Origin: Octopus vulgaris | Lineage: Eukaryota | Assembly: GCA_951406725.2 (NCBI GenBank) | Contig: OX597814.1 | Span: 60,884,001 to 60,948,000, forward strand | DNA length: 64,000 nt | Reading direction: 5' to 3' | Part shown: one piece after another, positions 1 to 14,569 of the stretch | How positions within the stretch are numbered: the first letter of the stretch is position 1 | How the letters are laid out: the number at the start of each line of letters is the position of its first letter | Position numbers and translations under genes: made by a program | The notes under the pieces: model-generated | The model's database searches: none | What the model was told of the DNA's origin: nothing | What the model saw: only the letters and a program-made list of their open reading frames with translations

Positions 1-3000
1 ACAAATCAAGTTTCCCAGAATTAGTTTCCCCAAATGGTACAATTTGCCAAGCACTGCACAAAGAAGAACTGAGTAAAATGCAGTGCAATAAGCAGTTGGA
101 AGCTTTGTGGAGATAATTAGCATTTCAAAAACAATAGAATGATACCCAGAAGTCAGTATCTAATTGGACCCAACTCCCTTAGGGTGTCAGAAACTAATGG
201 GCCAAAACACTTGCGTGACAAGAATTGTTCCTCTGAAAGTTACTACTGGTGTGCAGTCACCCTTGAGCGAGTACCTTCTTCTATAACCCCAGGCCAACCA
301 AAGCCTTATGAGTGGATTTGGTAGATGGAAACTGAAAGAAGCACATTATACATATGCATGTGTATGTACCCTTGTCTAGACATCACTTGATGATTAAAAA
401 CAAGTTTATATGTTGTACAAGCAATGCTGTTTATTTCCATGGAAAACATGTCTGGTCTTGGAATTATTACTTTGTATGGAAAAAGGTGAAGGTTGGTGAC
501 AGGACAGGTATCTGGCTGTAGAAAATCTACCTCAACAAATTAAATTCTGTTTGACCCATGCAAGAATAGAAAAATAGGCATTAGATGAAGATGGTGAAGG
601 TGAGTGCAGAAATACTGTTTAATTAATAATGAGCCATGTAAAGCACAAATATACAAATTAAGTTATCCATCATAGTGGTATCCCAATTCTTGACTGCTTT
701 ATATAGCAGCTGAATACTCTTTATGATCATTTGGGGAATGAGATTAGGTAATTCTTCAGAGTGGTGAACAAATTATAAAATGTTCTGTCAGGAAACTACC
801 CACTCATTTTCCACACATTTAATGCATATACATGGCTAAGTGGTCAGGGCATTGGACTCACAATCATGAGACAGTGGGTTCGATTCTCAGACCAGACTGT
901 GTGCTGTGTTCTTGAATAAGACATTTTATTTCATGTTGCTCCAGTTCACTCAGCTATAGAGTTGCAATGTCACTGGTACCAAGCTGTCTCGGCCTTTGTC
1001 TTTCCTTTGGATAATACCGGTGGCATGGAAAGGGGAGGTATGCATGGGTGACTGCTGGTCTTCCATAATCAATCTTGCCTGGACTTGTGCCACAGAGGGG
1101 AACTTTCTAGGGGCAATCCCATGGTCATTCATGACTGAAGGATGTCTTTACCCTTTTTTAATGCATAGAACAAATGTGTTGACATTGTTAATGCTCATTA
1201 TCACAGCTAAGACTTTGTAAAATTTAAATGTATTTTCATTCATCTTAATGTTCAGAGTTCAAATTCCACCAAAGTCAGCTCATCTTTTCAGGATCAATAA
1301 TATAAGTACCAGTGAAGCAATGGAGTCGATGTAGTCAACATTCCCACCTTTCCTAAAATTGCTCAGCTTGTGTTAAAAAGAAAAAACTTGAAGCCTATAT
1401 TTAAATGTACTTCAACACATCTAATTGACATTGTATTGTGTATAAATATATATTAATAGCATATGTATTTAAGGTTTGAGTTTTCATGCTATTTGTGTTG
1501 CGTGACTGAAATCTCAACCAAAATAGATACAATGCATATTTTGGTCACAACATCCCTGTGAAGAAGGAAGTATTATATGCTAAAAATAACAACAAAATCT
1601 CTCTCAAATTACACCATGTTATCTTGAATAAGGAAGAATAAATTGGTTTCAAATTTAGGCACAAGGCCAGCAATTTTGGGGGAGTGGTTATGTCAAGTGC
1701 ATCAACCCCAATGCTCAACTGACATTTATTTTAATGACCTGAAAAGGGGGAAAAGTAAAGTAGAGCTTGATGGAATTTGAACTCAGATTGTAAAGACAGA
1801 CAAAATGCCACTAAGCATTTGCCTGGTATACCAATGACCGTGCCAGCTCACTGCCTTGATAAGAAAGAATATATTAGGAAACATTTGCTTTAGATATACT
1901 GTCTCACACAAAAAAATATAAAAACAATAATAACTGAAAGACTTCTGATCATAGTTTTACTCAATCAAGGCTGACTTGTGGCTAAACAACGAATTCACCA
2001 CCACTACTACCATAAAAACATTACATACCAGCATTATCTTTACTATAGCTATTACACAACTACATACTTAAACAGCACAACTACAAACCAACAAGAGAGT
2101 ATCAATGCATTTGCTGGAATTAACAGTGAAAGCTCCCTCAAAAACCACACCCTAACATCATTTGTTTTTATTTTTTTGGAAGGACACATTACAAAATTTA
2201 ATCCTAGCTACACTTCACCTGAAATAAAAGGCAAAATAGTCACAACTAGAACATCTTTGATCACAGGTCTGTTTTGATCACAGGTCTGTTTTGACCTGGG
2301 GCTACACAATAGCATAAAACAATAACCAACAAAAAGCAGCCATGGCCAAACAAGATGATAAATAGGTTGATTATTTTTCCCTTTTTTTCTTTCTTTATTT
2401 TTTTATTATTTTTATTATATTCGCACAATAACAAACCACATCAAGGATTAAATCTGTCAGTCTTATTTCAGATCTGAATTCTCATTATTTAAGTGTCAGC
2501 ATAGACTGTGGGGATGATATGAGAATCACATAGGATAGAAGACGTAAGCTGTAAATATATAGTGTGCTTTGTGAGATGATAGCATTATTAATAAAATATT
2601 TAAAAATCTTAGCAATGACAAAAAGATATATATACAGGCTAAATCCTAAAGCAGAATCCAGTTTTAAGTATCATTGTAACATTTTATATCTAACCCCATT
2701 CAATGGATTAACCTTGACAAACCAGGAAGGACAAACCTACCATCATCTAAACTACAGAGATTAAAGCTGATTGTGATTACAATGCAATCAAAAGGTTTTC
2801 CTCACGCTCTCTTTCTTTACTACTTCTCTAACAGCCTCTACTATTTTGATCTTCTTAAAAATATGCTAGGTATACACTGTACTCATTCCACAATAACAGT
2901 TTTCTGAAAGTTCTTTTCCAGAACAGAAATGATTAATGCAATAGCAACAGGGGTAGTGTTTCTCACACACAAACAGACACATGCACTGACATGCATGCAC

Positions 3001-3054
3001 ACACGCACACACACATCTATACATATGTTTGCAGAGCATAGTGACTAAGTGGCA

Positions 3055-3290
3055 GATACAGTTTGCTGGCAAGTGCTTCGATTACTGCAGGAGAGACATG
3101 TTACCACCGTAATGGAGTGGACACCAAGAGAAGGAAAGAAACCAAAAGAAAGACCAAGGAAGGTGTAGTGCAGTATGTTCTGGGATGATATATCATTGGG
3201 AGTTGGCCCAGTGAAGCCAGGAGGAAGGCAAGCACAGAATGTCTAGAGAAGGCTTGTTGCTTGTTGCGCTGACAGCACTAGATCTAACAG
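3055..3290 (+). mobile_element. RTE LINE C-terminal relic
   Basis: FAG.VLRL..ERHVTTVMEWTPREGKKPKERPRK resembles the WAGHV.R...W.P..G.R.RGRPR motif. Confidence 0.6.
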
Positions 3291-5202
3291 CTTATATATA
3301 TATATATACATAAAGTCAAAAATGACAGAGAAATAGTTTGGTGAAATTTTATTTAACAATAAGAAAATTCAAATATCACAACAAATTGTTTCATAACTTA
3401 AAAAACATTAATGTAGAATGATACATTAAGGAGCTTTTTTTATATGTACTACCAGATTACTTGAATCCATATACTGAGACTTAGTTAATTAGACAGACAG
3501 ACAGACAAATATGTATATATATATCATTGTTGTCATTTATCCTCAGATCAAGCCATATTCTACTGGAGTTAAGAATAAAAGTCGTGACAATCTCGTTAGC
3601 ATTTCCTAAATGTAATGTATGTGCAAATAAATTATCTAATGTCTTCCCAATTTTTTTTTTTAAAGACAGTCTGGTGTTACTCGAGGAAGGTTTAGCTTTA
3701 TTTGTAGCAAAATCAGCAACCACATAGAGGTTCCCTTATTGTCTCAACAGAAACAAAATGATTCCAATAGGGAACAGGAACCTGGAAGCAGATCTGATTC
3801 ATTTGGAACTTACTGCTACAACATAGAGCTTGATAATCCGGAAGAACAAAAGGCAAAGTTGACATCATCAGAATTTGAATTCAGAAAGTAAAGGGTCATA
3901 AATATATCATCATCTCATCTCGGTTGTAATGCTTGCATGGATTCTCATGACTCTCCGTTGTCACCCCCACCCATTATTTCTGACAGGGTCATGGGGACAT
4001 AGTCCTCAGGCTTGAGTCATAAAAAATCTTTCATTAGCTAATTACACAACCATGGATGCGACCCTGATGGATGTGTTGCAGTTACTCTCTTGACAGAGCT
4101 TGGTGATCCTGACCGTTGGTCTTCTAGGATTCCTCAGCCTAGCATTAATGTAAGAAGCACCATTGGCCCAGTTGAGCTTTTCTGCTGCCTCTTTACAACC
4201 CACCATGTTACTGTCCCATGATTTCACCATATCCCTGGCAGGGTGGCTGAACAGATGCTATGCCTTGCCAAAGGGCAGCCAGTAACTATGCAGAGCACAG
4301 TTGTCATTCTGTAAGGTATTTTCAAAATACCAGCATATCCTTATAAATATATATATAAACATGTGATCACATGACCAACCAGGCTATCAGATGTTGGACA
4401 TGGCTGGCCACAATGTGCTTTTGCACTGTTTTAGCCTTCAAATGACATTACCCTGCTGGCTAGACAAGCAAGCCAACATTCCCCCTAGATTGGAGGGGGG
4501 CTGGAGCAACATGAAATGAAGAGTTTTGCTCATAAACACAATGTTCAGCCCGATCAGGAAATCAAACCCACAATCTAGCATTTGTAAGTGCAACAGCCTA
4601 ACTACTAGGCCACGCACCTTTATGACCGAAGCAGGGTCTTTAACCTTTTTGTATATAAGTATGTATATATTAAGGTGGTGAGCTGGCAGAATCATTAGGA
4701 TGCCAGACAAAATGCTTAGCAGCATTTCATCTGTTGTTGTATTCCAAGTTGAAATTCCTTCAAGATCAGCTTCGCCTTTCATCCTTTTGCCCTTTGATAA
4801 AATAAGGACCAGTTAAGCCCACAGGTCAATGTAATTGACTTACCCCTCCCCAAAATTACTGGCCTTGTGCCAAAATTTAAAACCATTATGTGTGTGTTTG
4901 TGTATATACCTTTCAAGAAGAATGTGAATTATGAAAGGCATTATCCTACAGCAGCTGACGTAGTGGTAGTAGTAGTAGCAGCCACAATATGTAGATGATA
5001 GCAACATGGATTTAAAATAATGAAGAGCAATCATATTTACTGTTGATAAATTTCAGTGTATATTACACAATTACAATGAACATTTGACACAACAGCCATA
5101 TATTCAAATATGTGCAGATGTTTTGCATGAATACGTAGGCTTTGCAGTAGTTTACATGTATGTGCTCTCAAATGTATGTATATGTTATATATAATATAAA
5201 TA

Positions 5203-5580
5203 TCATCATCATCGTTTAACATTCGCTTTCCATGCTAGCATGGGTTGGATGATTTGACTGAGGTCTGGTGAACCAGATGGCTGCACCAGACTCCAATCTG
5301 ATCTGGCAGTGTTTCAAAGCTGGATGCCCTTCCTAACACCAAACACTCCAAGAATGTAGTGGGTACTTTTACGTGCCACCGGCACGAGGGCCAGTCAGGC
5401 GGTACTGGCAGCGACTACACTCAAATGGTGCTTTTTATGTGTCACCTGCACAGGAGCCAGTCCAGCGGCACTGGCAATGACCTCGCTCGAATGTTTTTCA
5501 CGTGCCACTAGCAAAGGTGCCAGTAAGGCAATGCAGGTAACAATCATGCTCGAACGGTGTTTTTTAGGTTCCACCAGCAC
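5203..5580 (-). mobile_element. (GAT)n-tailed RTE 3'-end repeat with internal tandem units
   Basis: catcatcatcgtttaac..ccatgctagcatgggttgga..ggatgcccttcctaac; further copies at ~7806-8030(-), 8470-8722(+), 9320-9575(+), 30893-31170(-), 31510-31790(-), 37405-37550(-), 43845-44088(+), 51935-52122(+), 52729-52960(-). Confidence 0.8.
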
Positions 5581-5598
5581 ACACGCACGCACGCACAC

Positions 5599-5691
<93 letters not shown>

Positions 5692-5693
<2 letters not shown>

Positions 5694-6543
5694 CAAGATG
5701 CGGTGAATAAACTGTCATCTAAATTACGCAGAAATGAAAATAACACTGACATCTCACTTTAGCAGGTATATTTACCAAAATTACATTAAAATATCTTCAA
5801 ATACTAAAGAATAAATTTATTCAATAAAATTGCCATTCACTTCAACTACAGCCTCCAGACAACTTTGGAATCTCTAGCAACTCTTATGGATGGTCTCCTT
5901 GTTTAAGTTGGTGAATGCTGCCATAATCCTTGCCTTAAGTTCAACTTGGTGTTACAAAGAATTTTGCTGGTCTCTCACTCAACTGCACCCCACACAATAA
6001 TCAAGGGGAGTTAGGTGGTCAGATGTTGGGGATGATGTGGTGGCAAAAATTGTCTGACAGCCAAGACTTGGTTCTCCTGCTAGTCGTGCAGAGTCGTGTT
6101 GCCAGACATAGGGTCTTCCAGCAGCCATCCTCTTGACCAAGGGCAGCACTACCTCCTCCAGGCACTTGATATAGACCTCCATGTTCAGTCTGAGGCTATG
6201 TGGAAGATGAATGGAGGCATAACATCACCATCACTAGTGATCACTCCAAACACCAAGATGTTGACTGGATGTTTGATTTTTATCACTGTGAATACATGTC
6301 CTCAGATTGAGACCCAAACACTCTGAAATGTTCATATTGGAGCTTCCAGCATGAGTGCCAAGCAGTACAGCATGTCTTTTCCAAATTTCTGGCAAAGTGA
6401 ATTGCGTCATAGTGCTGTTTTTCTCACAGACAGTGCCCAACTGACCCTACCATAATGTGTAGTTGACAGAATCAAAAACAAACAATGTGCATGTTCGAAA
6501 TTAAAAATATGAAATGGCAACAATTTGCCCATTGCACCCTGTA
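5692..6543 (-). mobile_element. Tc1/mariner superfamily (maT/DD37D-like) transposon, internally deleted
   Basis: YIKCLEEVVLP..GRPYVWQHDSA..PLDY; TA-flanked inverted ends tacaagatgcggtgaataaactgtc / gcaacaatttgcccattgcaccctgta. Confidence 0.85.
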
Positions 6544-6647
6544 TGTATATACATATTGTTTTAATATTTCATTTAGGCATTGTGAGACTAACAACCTGGT
6601 GGAGAACTCAATGTATGTATACCTCAAAATAAAGTGTTAGATGAGTA

Positions 6648-7335
6648 TACAAGGTCTCATCAATAGGTTTCCAGACTGTTGCCATAGTATCGAAGCTAAA
6701 GCATGCAGAGGGAAGCCACTAGGTACAGACTGATCTTGACCTCTGCTGTACATGTGCAATAAATTTTAATGTTCTAGCTCACTTCCACTGTTTACAGCAG
6801 TGCTTTGCAGTAACGTGTGTAATGTGTGATCATCACATTAACCAGACAGAGAAAGTTGTCATGATAATACCTGTTCAGAGGCTTATGCAAAGTTGCAGAA
6901 AGTGTATCAGTCACATATAAGTGTACAAGTGGTTCAAATGTTTCCAAGATGGCCTAAAAAATGTTGATAGTGACAAATGTTCTGGGAGACCCACAACCAG
7001 CAGAACTGAGAAAAACATTGCAGACGTGCCTGCAGCTGTGAAGCAAAACCATCAAATCACCATCTGTGAGTTATCAGAAGATGTGCAGATTAATTATGGT
7101 TCAGTTCATTATCACTGAAGATTTGGGTATGAGATGTGTATCTGCCAAGTTTGTGCCAAAACTGCTTTCAGCTAACCAAAAAAGACACTCAGGTTTCAGC
7201 TGCACAAAATCTCCTTGATTGTGTCAAGAATGATGAAAACTTTTTGGAAACTTTGCATAGGCCTCTGAGCAGGTATCATCAAGCTTTTGGCAAAATTTGA
7301 TGCAGATTCTCTGCTCAACTTTCTCTCAACAGGCG
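6648..7335 (+). mobile_element. Mariner transposon relic (HTH region)
   Basis: VYKWFKCFQDG..VDSDKCSGRPTTSRTEKNI..QITICELSE..INYGSV, followed by SAKFVPKLLS. Confidence 0.85.
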
Positions 7336-10300
7336 AGAGAGAAAGAGAGAGGAAGGGAGGGAGGGAGGGAAAGAGAGAGAGAGAGAGCAATACTTATATA
7401 TGCATAGCCACACATACATACGTACATACATTCTACAGTAGAGATAAAATATTAGTTTGAAACTTATGATTTTACACTATTGTTACTCTGAGCTTTTGCT
7501 GTGAAAATTAGTTCAGATACACTATTTTGTCAACTGAACAAATGCACATACAGTGGATAATAAAAACATCAATCAGACATGTTGATATCAACAAGTTGGG
7601 GTGTTTTTGTGTTGTATTTTGTTTTTCTCTTTTCTGTTGTGGTGTGCGCAGGATGTAGAGAGAGTATATCCAACTCACACTGGCATGAAAATACAGACAT
7701 AAAAATGTTGACAATATAAGATGATGATTTGGACATGTTGAATGAGTGTGTGTCCATACAATACAATACAAACACACACAAATGCATAAACACATATACA
7801 TACTTCATCATCATCATCATCATCATATCATCATCCTTTAACATCCATTGTCCATGCTGGCCTGGGTTGGACAGTTTGACTAGAGCTGGTAAGCTGGAGA
7901 GCTGCACCAGACTCTAGTCTGATTTGGCATGGATTCTACGGCTGGATACCCTTCCTAACACCAACAACTTTACAGAGTGTGCTAGGTGCTTTTATATGGT
8001 GCCATGTGTGTGCTTTTATGTGGTGCTGCATAGGCACAAAAATACACATACATATATACTCTACCAAAAAGTAAGGAGTAATAATTCAGTTTAATGTAAA
8101 ATATTTTTATCATAGTTTGACATAAAAACAAATGCTGAAATGTGTGCGTGTGTGTGTGTATTATCAAATACACTCAATGTACACCCCATGCTTGTTTGCT
8201 GGTAGGTTACAGTTAGCACAGTGAAGACAACTTTCTCAAAGCACTGGATGTTAAAACACCTGAAAACCATAGACAGGCAAGATAAATTGCACCATATCCT
8301 ATTCAGGAGCAATGGACAATGATGCTTCACCATTTGCTGGTATGCCACAATGAAGCTTACATCAGAATAAATTCAAATATGAATAAGAAGCCGCACTAGT
8401 GCTGTAAATGTTATCAAACATGCATATTCAATATGCCTGCACCCATATATATTATATATATATACTTGAGAAGATTCGTCAAGCCAAATGAAATCATAGT
8501 TGTAGCTGATGGCAGCATTATGTAATTGGAACTCATGCTGGTGGCACATAAATGGTACCCATTACCCTTTTGGAGTGGTTGGTGTTAGGAAGGACATCCA
8601 GCTGTAGAAACCATGCCAAATCAGATTGGAACCTGGTGCAGCTCTCCACCTTACCAGTTTCAGTCAAACTGCCTGACCAATGCCAGCATGGAAAGTAGAC
8701 GCTAAATGATGATGATGATGATGGGGAGGGGGGCACAGGCATGGCTGTGCAGTTACAAAGTTTGCTTCCCAACCATATAGTTTTTTTCGGATTCAAGTAT
8801 GGTAAGACTGCCTGCCTAAACTCAGTCACTGCAGAAAAATACTATGCCAAGTTTCATGAACTTGTGAAAGACAGTAATATCATTTGTCAATAGGTATGGG
8901 GGATAGGAGTGAGAGAAATGCCAGTGTGTTTGGAGCAATTCTCTGGGCCAGAAGATGCAAAAAGAGTGTGTGAATGACTTAGTTGAGAAAGACTGAAGTA
9001 AACTAGCCCTCAAAGGTTTCAAAGAATTTCATCAGGGAAGAGGTTAATTCTGTCACAATGGAACAGTAAATTTAAGCACTGTTTAAGTGTTAAGTGCAGT
9101 AGTTTAATGAGTGGGTATGAGATTTTAATAACTGGGTCAGTCAAACAATACATACTCTGGTTCAAGCAGAGCAAGAAATATCACAAGTAAGCAAATAACA
9201 AACAGAGAATATCTGGACTTGTTATCATTACAATGCTTTGGCTTCCAACAGATGCTTATTGTATTTGGTAACATCATCTTTGTTTTAACATATATCCACA
9301 GCTGAAGTGTTAAGGCCATGCCCACTGGTAAAGAGGATTGGCCTACAAGAATCTTGTACTGGTGCCACATAAAAACACTCATGCAGTGCCATGTTAAAAG
9401 CACTCAGCACACACTGTAAAGTGGTTGGCATTAGAAAGGGCATCCAGCCGTAAAAACCATGCTAAAACAGTCTGTAGCCTGGTGCAGTTATCCAGCTTGC
9501 TAACTCTGGTCATGCCAGCATGGAAAATGGATGTTAAATGATGATAATGGTGATGATGATGATGATGATAATGACAGCTTTTCCATGCTTGCATTAGTGA
9601 GTTGAAGATACATTGGAACAAAGTTTTCTGTAGCAGGATGCCCTCCCTGAATCTGAACCCCACATGTACATAAGAGGAGTAATTATAAATTACCTCCCAG
9701 CCTTTCAAACAAAAAACTCAAAACATGCTTACATGGAGACCCAGAAACAACTGACATTGTCTCACATTGTTACTGAGGCAGCCATGTGAAGACAGAGGAA
9801 ATATGAATTCACTCACATACACACACACACACATACATACATGATGGACAGGGGTCTCTTTGAGTTTCTGTTTACCAAATTCACTCAGAAGACATTGGTC
9901 AATCTGAGGCTATAGAAGAAAATACTTGTCCAAGATGCCAGATACCAAACAGTGGGACTGAGCCCAATAACACACAATTAAGAAGCAAACTTCATAACCC
10001 CCATGACCTTACCCACACCTTTTGGTAACATTCACAGATGTTTGAACTGAACCATTTATTAACTCCATCAGCAATGAGGGTGAGATTGTTCTCAGTCTTC
10101 AACAGAGAAATTCAGACAAAAATTTAGGTGATAAATTGTGTAATTTTTCAACTAGGAATTTATATACTTATATTCTTTTATTCTTTGAATTATTAATTTT
10201 TTCTCTTTTTTAATTTAATTAATCAATCTTTCATTTTACAGATTACTTATTTATCATATAAAAAACACCTTTAATGTTTTATTTTAATGTCTGTTAGCTT

Positions 10301-10689
10301 TTATGTCTTTATCGGAGAGAGAAATTTGAAAATAGATGTAATTTTTTTTTGTACTTATTAATTTTTATTTAGGTTATTTATTACTGTTATTTATTACCTT
10401 ATTGAACTATCATATTTATTTCTTTGTTGTTGTTTTTATGATATGCATATATTTTTTATATTGACTATTTGTATTTTATTAAAGTTTAATGTAAACTTTT
10501 AGTCTTGTTTAAGGTTTTTTTTTGGAATGAAGTGTCCTTAGAAACATATCTAATAGATCTGGTAGCGAATGACATTCTGGAACAACTTAGATTAATTATC
10601 AAAGGTATATATATGTAAATACTATACACACATATCTCTCTCTCTATATATATATATACACACACACACACACAAACACATACAAATTT

Positions 10690-10960
10690 AAAGAATACTA
10701 GTGGAATATTGCAACAAGACAATCAACCTGGCATAAGCACAATAGGCCAGATATTGTTCTATGGACCAGGGGACAATAACCATAAAATCATGTACAACTG
10801 TAGGGATCAGCTGATGGCCAGAATTGAAATCTCATCAAAATATTGCAGAAAAGGAGAACGTTTTTAGAAAACTAATAAGAAATCAAGAGCTCTTATATCC
10901 AGGTGATAAATTTTCATTTGTATCTATTATCATATGTGTAATGGGCTACGTTACACTGTG
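10690..10960 (+). mobile_element. R4/Dong-like non-LTR retrotransposon relic, restriction-like endonuclease domain
   Basis: EY*WNI...HKHNRPDIVLW then EKEN...LIRNQELLYPGDKFSFVSIIICVMGYV; starts at a (CA)n tract. Confidence 0.7.
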
Positions 10961-11211
10961 AGAGAGAAAAGGTAATAGAGACAAATGAAAAGGGGGAGTA
11001 AATGACATGATAGCTATGGGAAGTGTTATATAAATGACTGTTTTATAGTTTTGCTTTGAGGCAATAAATATTTTTGTTCTGAAAGTTAGAATTCAATTAA
11101 TCATTTTGTATAAACACAAAGAAATTTGATAAAATTTAAATAATAATTAATGAAAGTACAGCATAATTCCTGTGGCAGACGAATACTTCCAAAATTAAGT
11201 CATATGATGAG

Positions 11212-11248
<37 letters not shown>

Positions 11249-11399
11249 CATACATATACACATATATATATACATATATATATATGACTATATATATATA
11301 TATATATGCACACACACACATACATAATATGACATATATATATATGCACACACACACACACATACATAATATGACATATATATATATATGACATATATA

Positions 11400-12100
11400 T
11401 CATCATCTTCATTGTCATCGCTTAACGTCCTCTTTCCATGCTGGCATGGGTTGGACGGTTTGACTGAGGAGTGGTGAACCAGAAGGCTGCCCCAGGCTCC
11501 AATCTGATCTGGCAAAGTTTCTACAGCAGGATGCCCTTCCTAATGCCAACCACTCTAAGAGTGTAGTGAGTGCTTTTACATGCCACCAGCATGAGGGCCA
11601 GTCAGGTGGTACTGGCAACGACCATGCTCAAAGGGTGTATTTTATGTGCCACCTGCACAGGAGCCAATCTGGCAGCATTGGCAACGACCATGCTCGAATG
11701 TTGTTTTTCACGTGTCACCGGCACATGTGCCAGTAAGGCAACGCTGGCAATGATCATGCTCGAATGGTGCTTTTCATGTGCCACAGGCACAGGAGCTAGT
11801 CAGCAGCCCTGGCAACAATCATGCTCGGATGGTGCTTTTAACATTCCACTGGCACGAGTGCCAATCAGGCAGTACTGTCATCGGCCACATCAGCAATTTT
11901 GATTTCACTTGCCTCAAGAGGTCTTCGCAAGCAAAGATTATTGTCCAATGAAGTGGGCTGGTTATACACCACTGGCATAGTCCACGGGTTATGGTCTCAC
12001 TTGGCTTGTCGGGTCTTCTCAAGCACAGCATATCTCCAAAGCTCTCGGTCACTAGTCACTGCCTTAGTGAGGCCCAATGTTCAAAGGCCGTTGATGATGT
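11400..12100 (-). mobile_element. RTE LINE 3' end with ~60-bp minisatellite in 3' UTR and (GAT)n tail
   Basis: ORF-end homology to 38720-38830 at 12100-12010, then tandem gtgccaccggcac units, then ggttggcattaggaagggcatcc...gacgttaagcgatga. Confidence 0.8.
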
Positions 12101-12458
12101 TTTATCAAAAGTAGCAGTGTTGATGGTGGCAGTGGGAATAATAATAAAAGAGAGAGAAAGAGTGGGTATGTGAGAGAAGGAGGGAGATGATGTACAACTT
12201 TGTTTAACTGTCTCTTTCACAGAAATTCTTATTGCCAACATACTGAACACTATCATTTTTACTTTATTTTTTGTTTTCTTTAATACACACACACACACAC
12301 ATATGTGTGTGTGTGTATGTATTTTATTGATCCCAAAAGGATGAAAGACAAAGTCGACCTCAGTGGAATTTGAACTCAAATCCTAATGGCAGATGAAACA
12401 CCTCAAAGAATTTCGCCCAGCATGCTAACGATTCTGCCAGCTCACTGCCTTAATATAA

Positions 12459-13320
12459 TACTAGCTGACATGCCCAGGAAAGCAGGGCTTATCCCTTGGT
12501 TCTGTTCTCATAATTGTTTTGCTAATCCAATAACAACAATACAAAATATGTAGCCCTTAAAAGAGTTTTTGTGCATTTACAGAGAATACCAAACTGTCTT
12601 ACGCAGGATCTTGTTTTTATGAATTCCCATTAAGTTATGAATACCCAAATTGTGAAGTCAGTTATATAATAACGTTACCAAATAGTAAGAAATCAAATAA
12701 AGTAGCCCCGAAAAGGGCGTTAATGTGTTCCCAGACTATATAGAACATAGGAGGAAATACTAATAAGGTATGTATACTAAAATCATGAAGCAAGTTATGT
12801 AATAACAGGCTAATCAGATAATAACAATTCAAAATAGACAACTCTGAAAAGGGCTTTTGTGCATTCCCAGAGAATATTACCCTCAGGAGCACTAGTGTTA
12901 GTATATTTGTGAATAAGTCACTAACCAAAATAAGTGGACCTGTTGTTTAGGAAAATACTATTTACTTGTTTAAGGGTTGTACTGGATAAATTGCGAAAAT
13001 AATTCTAACAGTTCAAATACTAAGAAATAAGCATACTCAATTTCCTTTTTATCAAATAATTTAGGAAAATGAATGGATTATTTCCCTTGGCTATATATAA
13101 GGATCCCTTCCAAGGGCAAATGAGTTATTTCCTTTGGTTTTTCAAATAAAATATACTAGACATATATAAGGATCCCTATTATCGATTTTTTCAACAATCT
13201 GAATATGCCATGAGCTTTCCAGACATGAATTCTACTCAGGTGTCAAAATCGATAAAACGATGTAGGAGGAGTTAGCTTTCAACTCCACAAACACACCCAC
13301 AGAAGTAGTAGAAAATAATA
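12459..13320 (+). mobile_element. Possible non-autonomous Helitron/Helentron (DINE-like) element
   Basis: Starts tactagctgacatgcccagg..cagggc hairpin; ends with aaaatcgataaaacgatgtaggaggagtt..acacacccacag, DINE-like architecture; internal duplications. Confidence 0.4.
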
Positions 13321-13424
13321 TAATATAATAAATGTGAATGTCAGTGTGTTAGTGTATCACACTTTTTCAACTTTACTCCTAGAGGCCATAGCCCAACATA
13401 TCATACCATTATGGAATCTGGCTG

Positions 13425-13700
13425 AGTCTGTGAGTAAATTAAAAACATTCTGGGCCACATCCGGACCCACAATCCTGAAAGTTTGGATTCCCAAGTTGTC
13501 ATTACTGTGATTGTTTTCGGTGATTTTTATACGTGAATTTTTGCAAGAATTTTTTTTGTATGATAACAATTTTTATAATCTAAAGGCTAACTCCATGAGT
13601 AAATTAAAAACATTCTGGGCTGAATCCAGACCTGCAATCCTGAAATTTCAGATTCCTATGTTTTCATTACTGTGATTGTTTTTGGTGATTTTTTTTTTTT
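13425..13700. repeat. Diverged tandem duplication (~165-bp period)
   Basis: tgagtaaattaaaaacattctgggc...tcattactgtgattgtttt.ggtgatttt at ~13430-13530 and ~13596-13695. Confidence 0.8.
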
Positions 13701-13895
13701 TACATGACGTTTTGTGACACACATGATCATCATTGGGATTATGACTCTGGAAGAAGCAATTGCAACAAATTCTCCAAAACAAGTCAGAGATTTCTTTACA
13801 GATCTTCCCATTCAGGGTCAGTTGCTTAAAAGCTATATACTAGCTTAAAAGCTACCCGGCTGTTTTTAAGCTAGTATATAGATATACATATAATT

Positions 13896-13943
<48 letters not shown>

Positions 13944-13955
13944 CAAACACACACA

Positions 13956-14001
<46 letters not shown>

Positions 14002-14238
14002 TAATAAATAAAATATATGCATACATACAAATATATATGTACGTACCGACATCTACATGTATATATACATGCATATATAAATATATATATACGTACAGGA
14101 CATACACACACGCACGATCAGGTCTTACATATGCTTTGCCATACAGGCAACAGCTAGATAGTTTTACTGACATAAACTTTGCCCTTCATCCTCTACCAGG
14201 AGGGCATAATTCATTTCTTTTTTTACTACTTCCATCCC

Positions 14239-14275
<37 letters not shown>

Positions 14276-14569
14276 AAAGAAATCAGCTTTGGTTCAATCT
14301 AAAGGCTTGTCTCCTCACAAGTCTAAAAGTGTTGAAGTCATGCCACATGTCGTGTTGGCATCTCTAGAATTCCATCAGGAGTTTCAAGCCCAAAGCAAGA
14401 CAATACTGTGTATGTGCTTGTGTGCTTTGGGTGTGGGGTAATGAACATACACACACATGCACATAAGAATACACATGTATATATAGACATACACACACAA
14501 ATTCACAAGCACACACACACACACACATACAAATACACATATATGCATGAATGTGTGTGTGTATGTGTC

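Noticed and set aside
8180-8265. Possible minus-strand internal exon after tttcAG
   Set aside because: No convincing donor, and the open frame does not match the phase-0 upstream exon.
9005-9040. Minus-strand CTGATGA...GAAA spacing
   Set aside because: Stem II is negligible and there is no valid stem III/NUH triplet.
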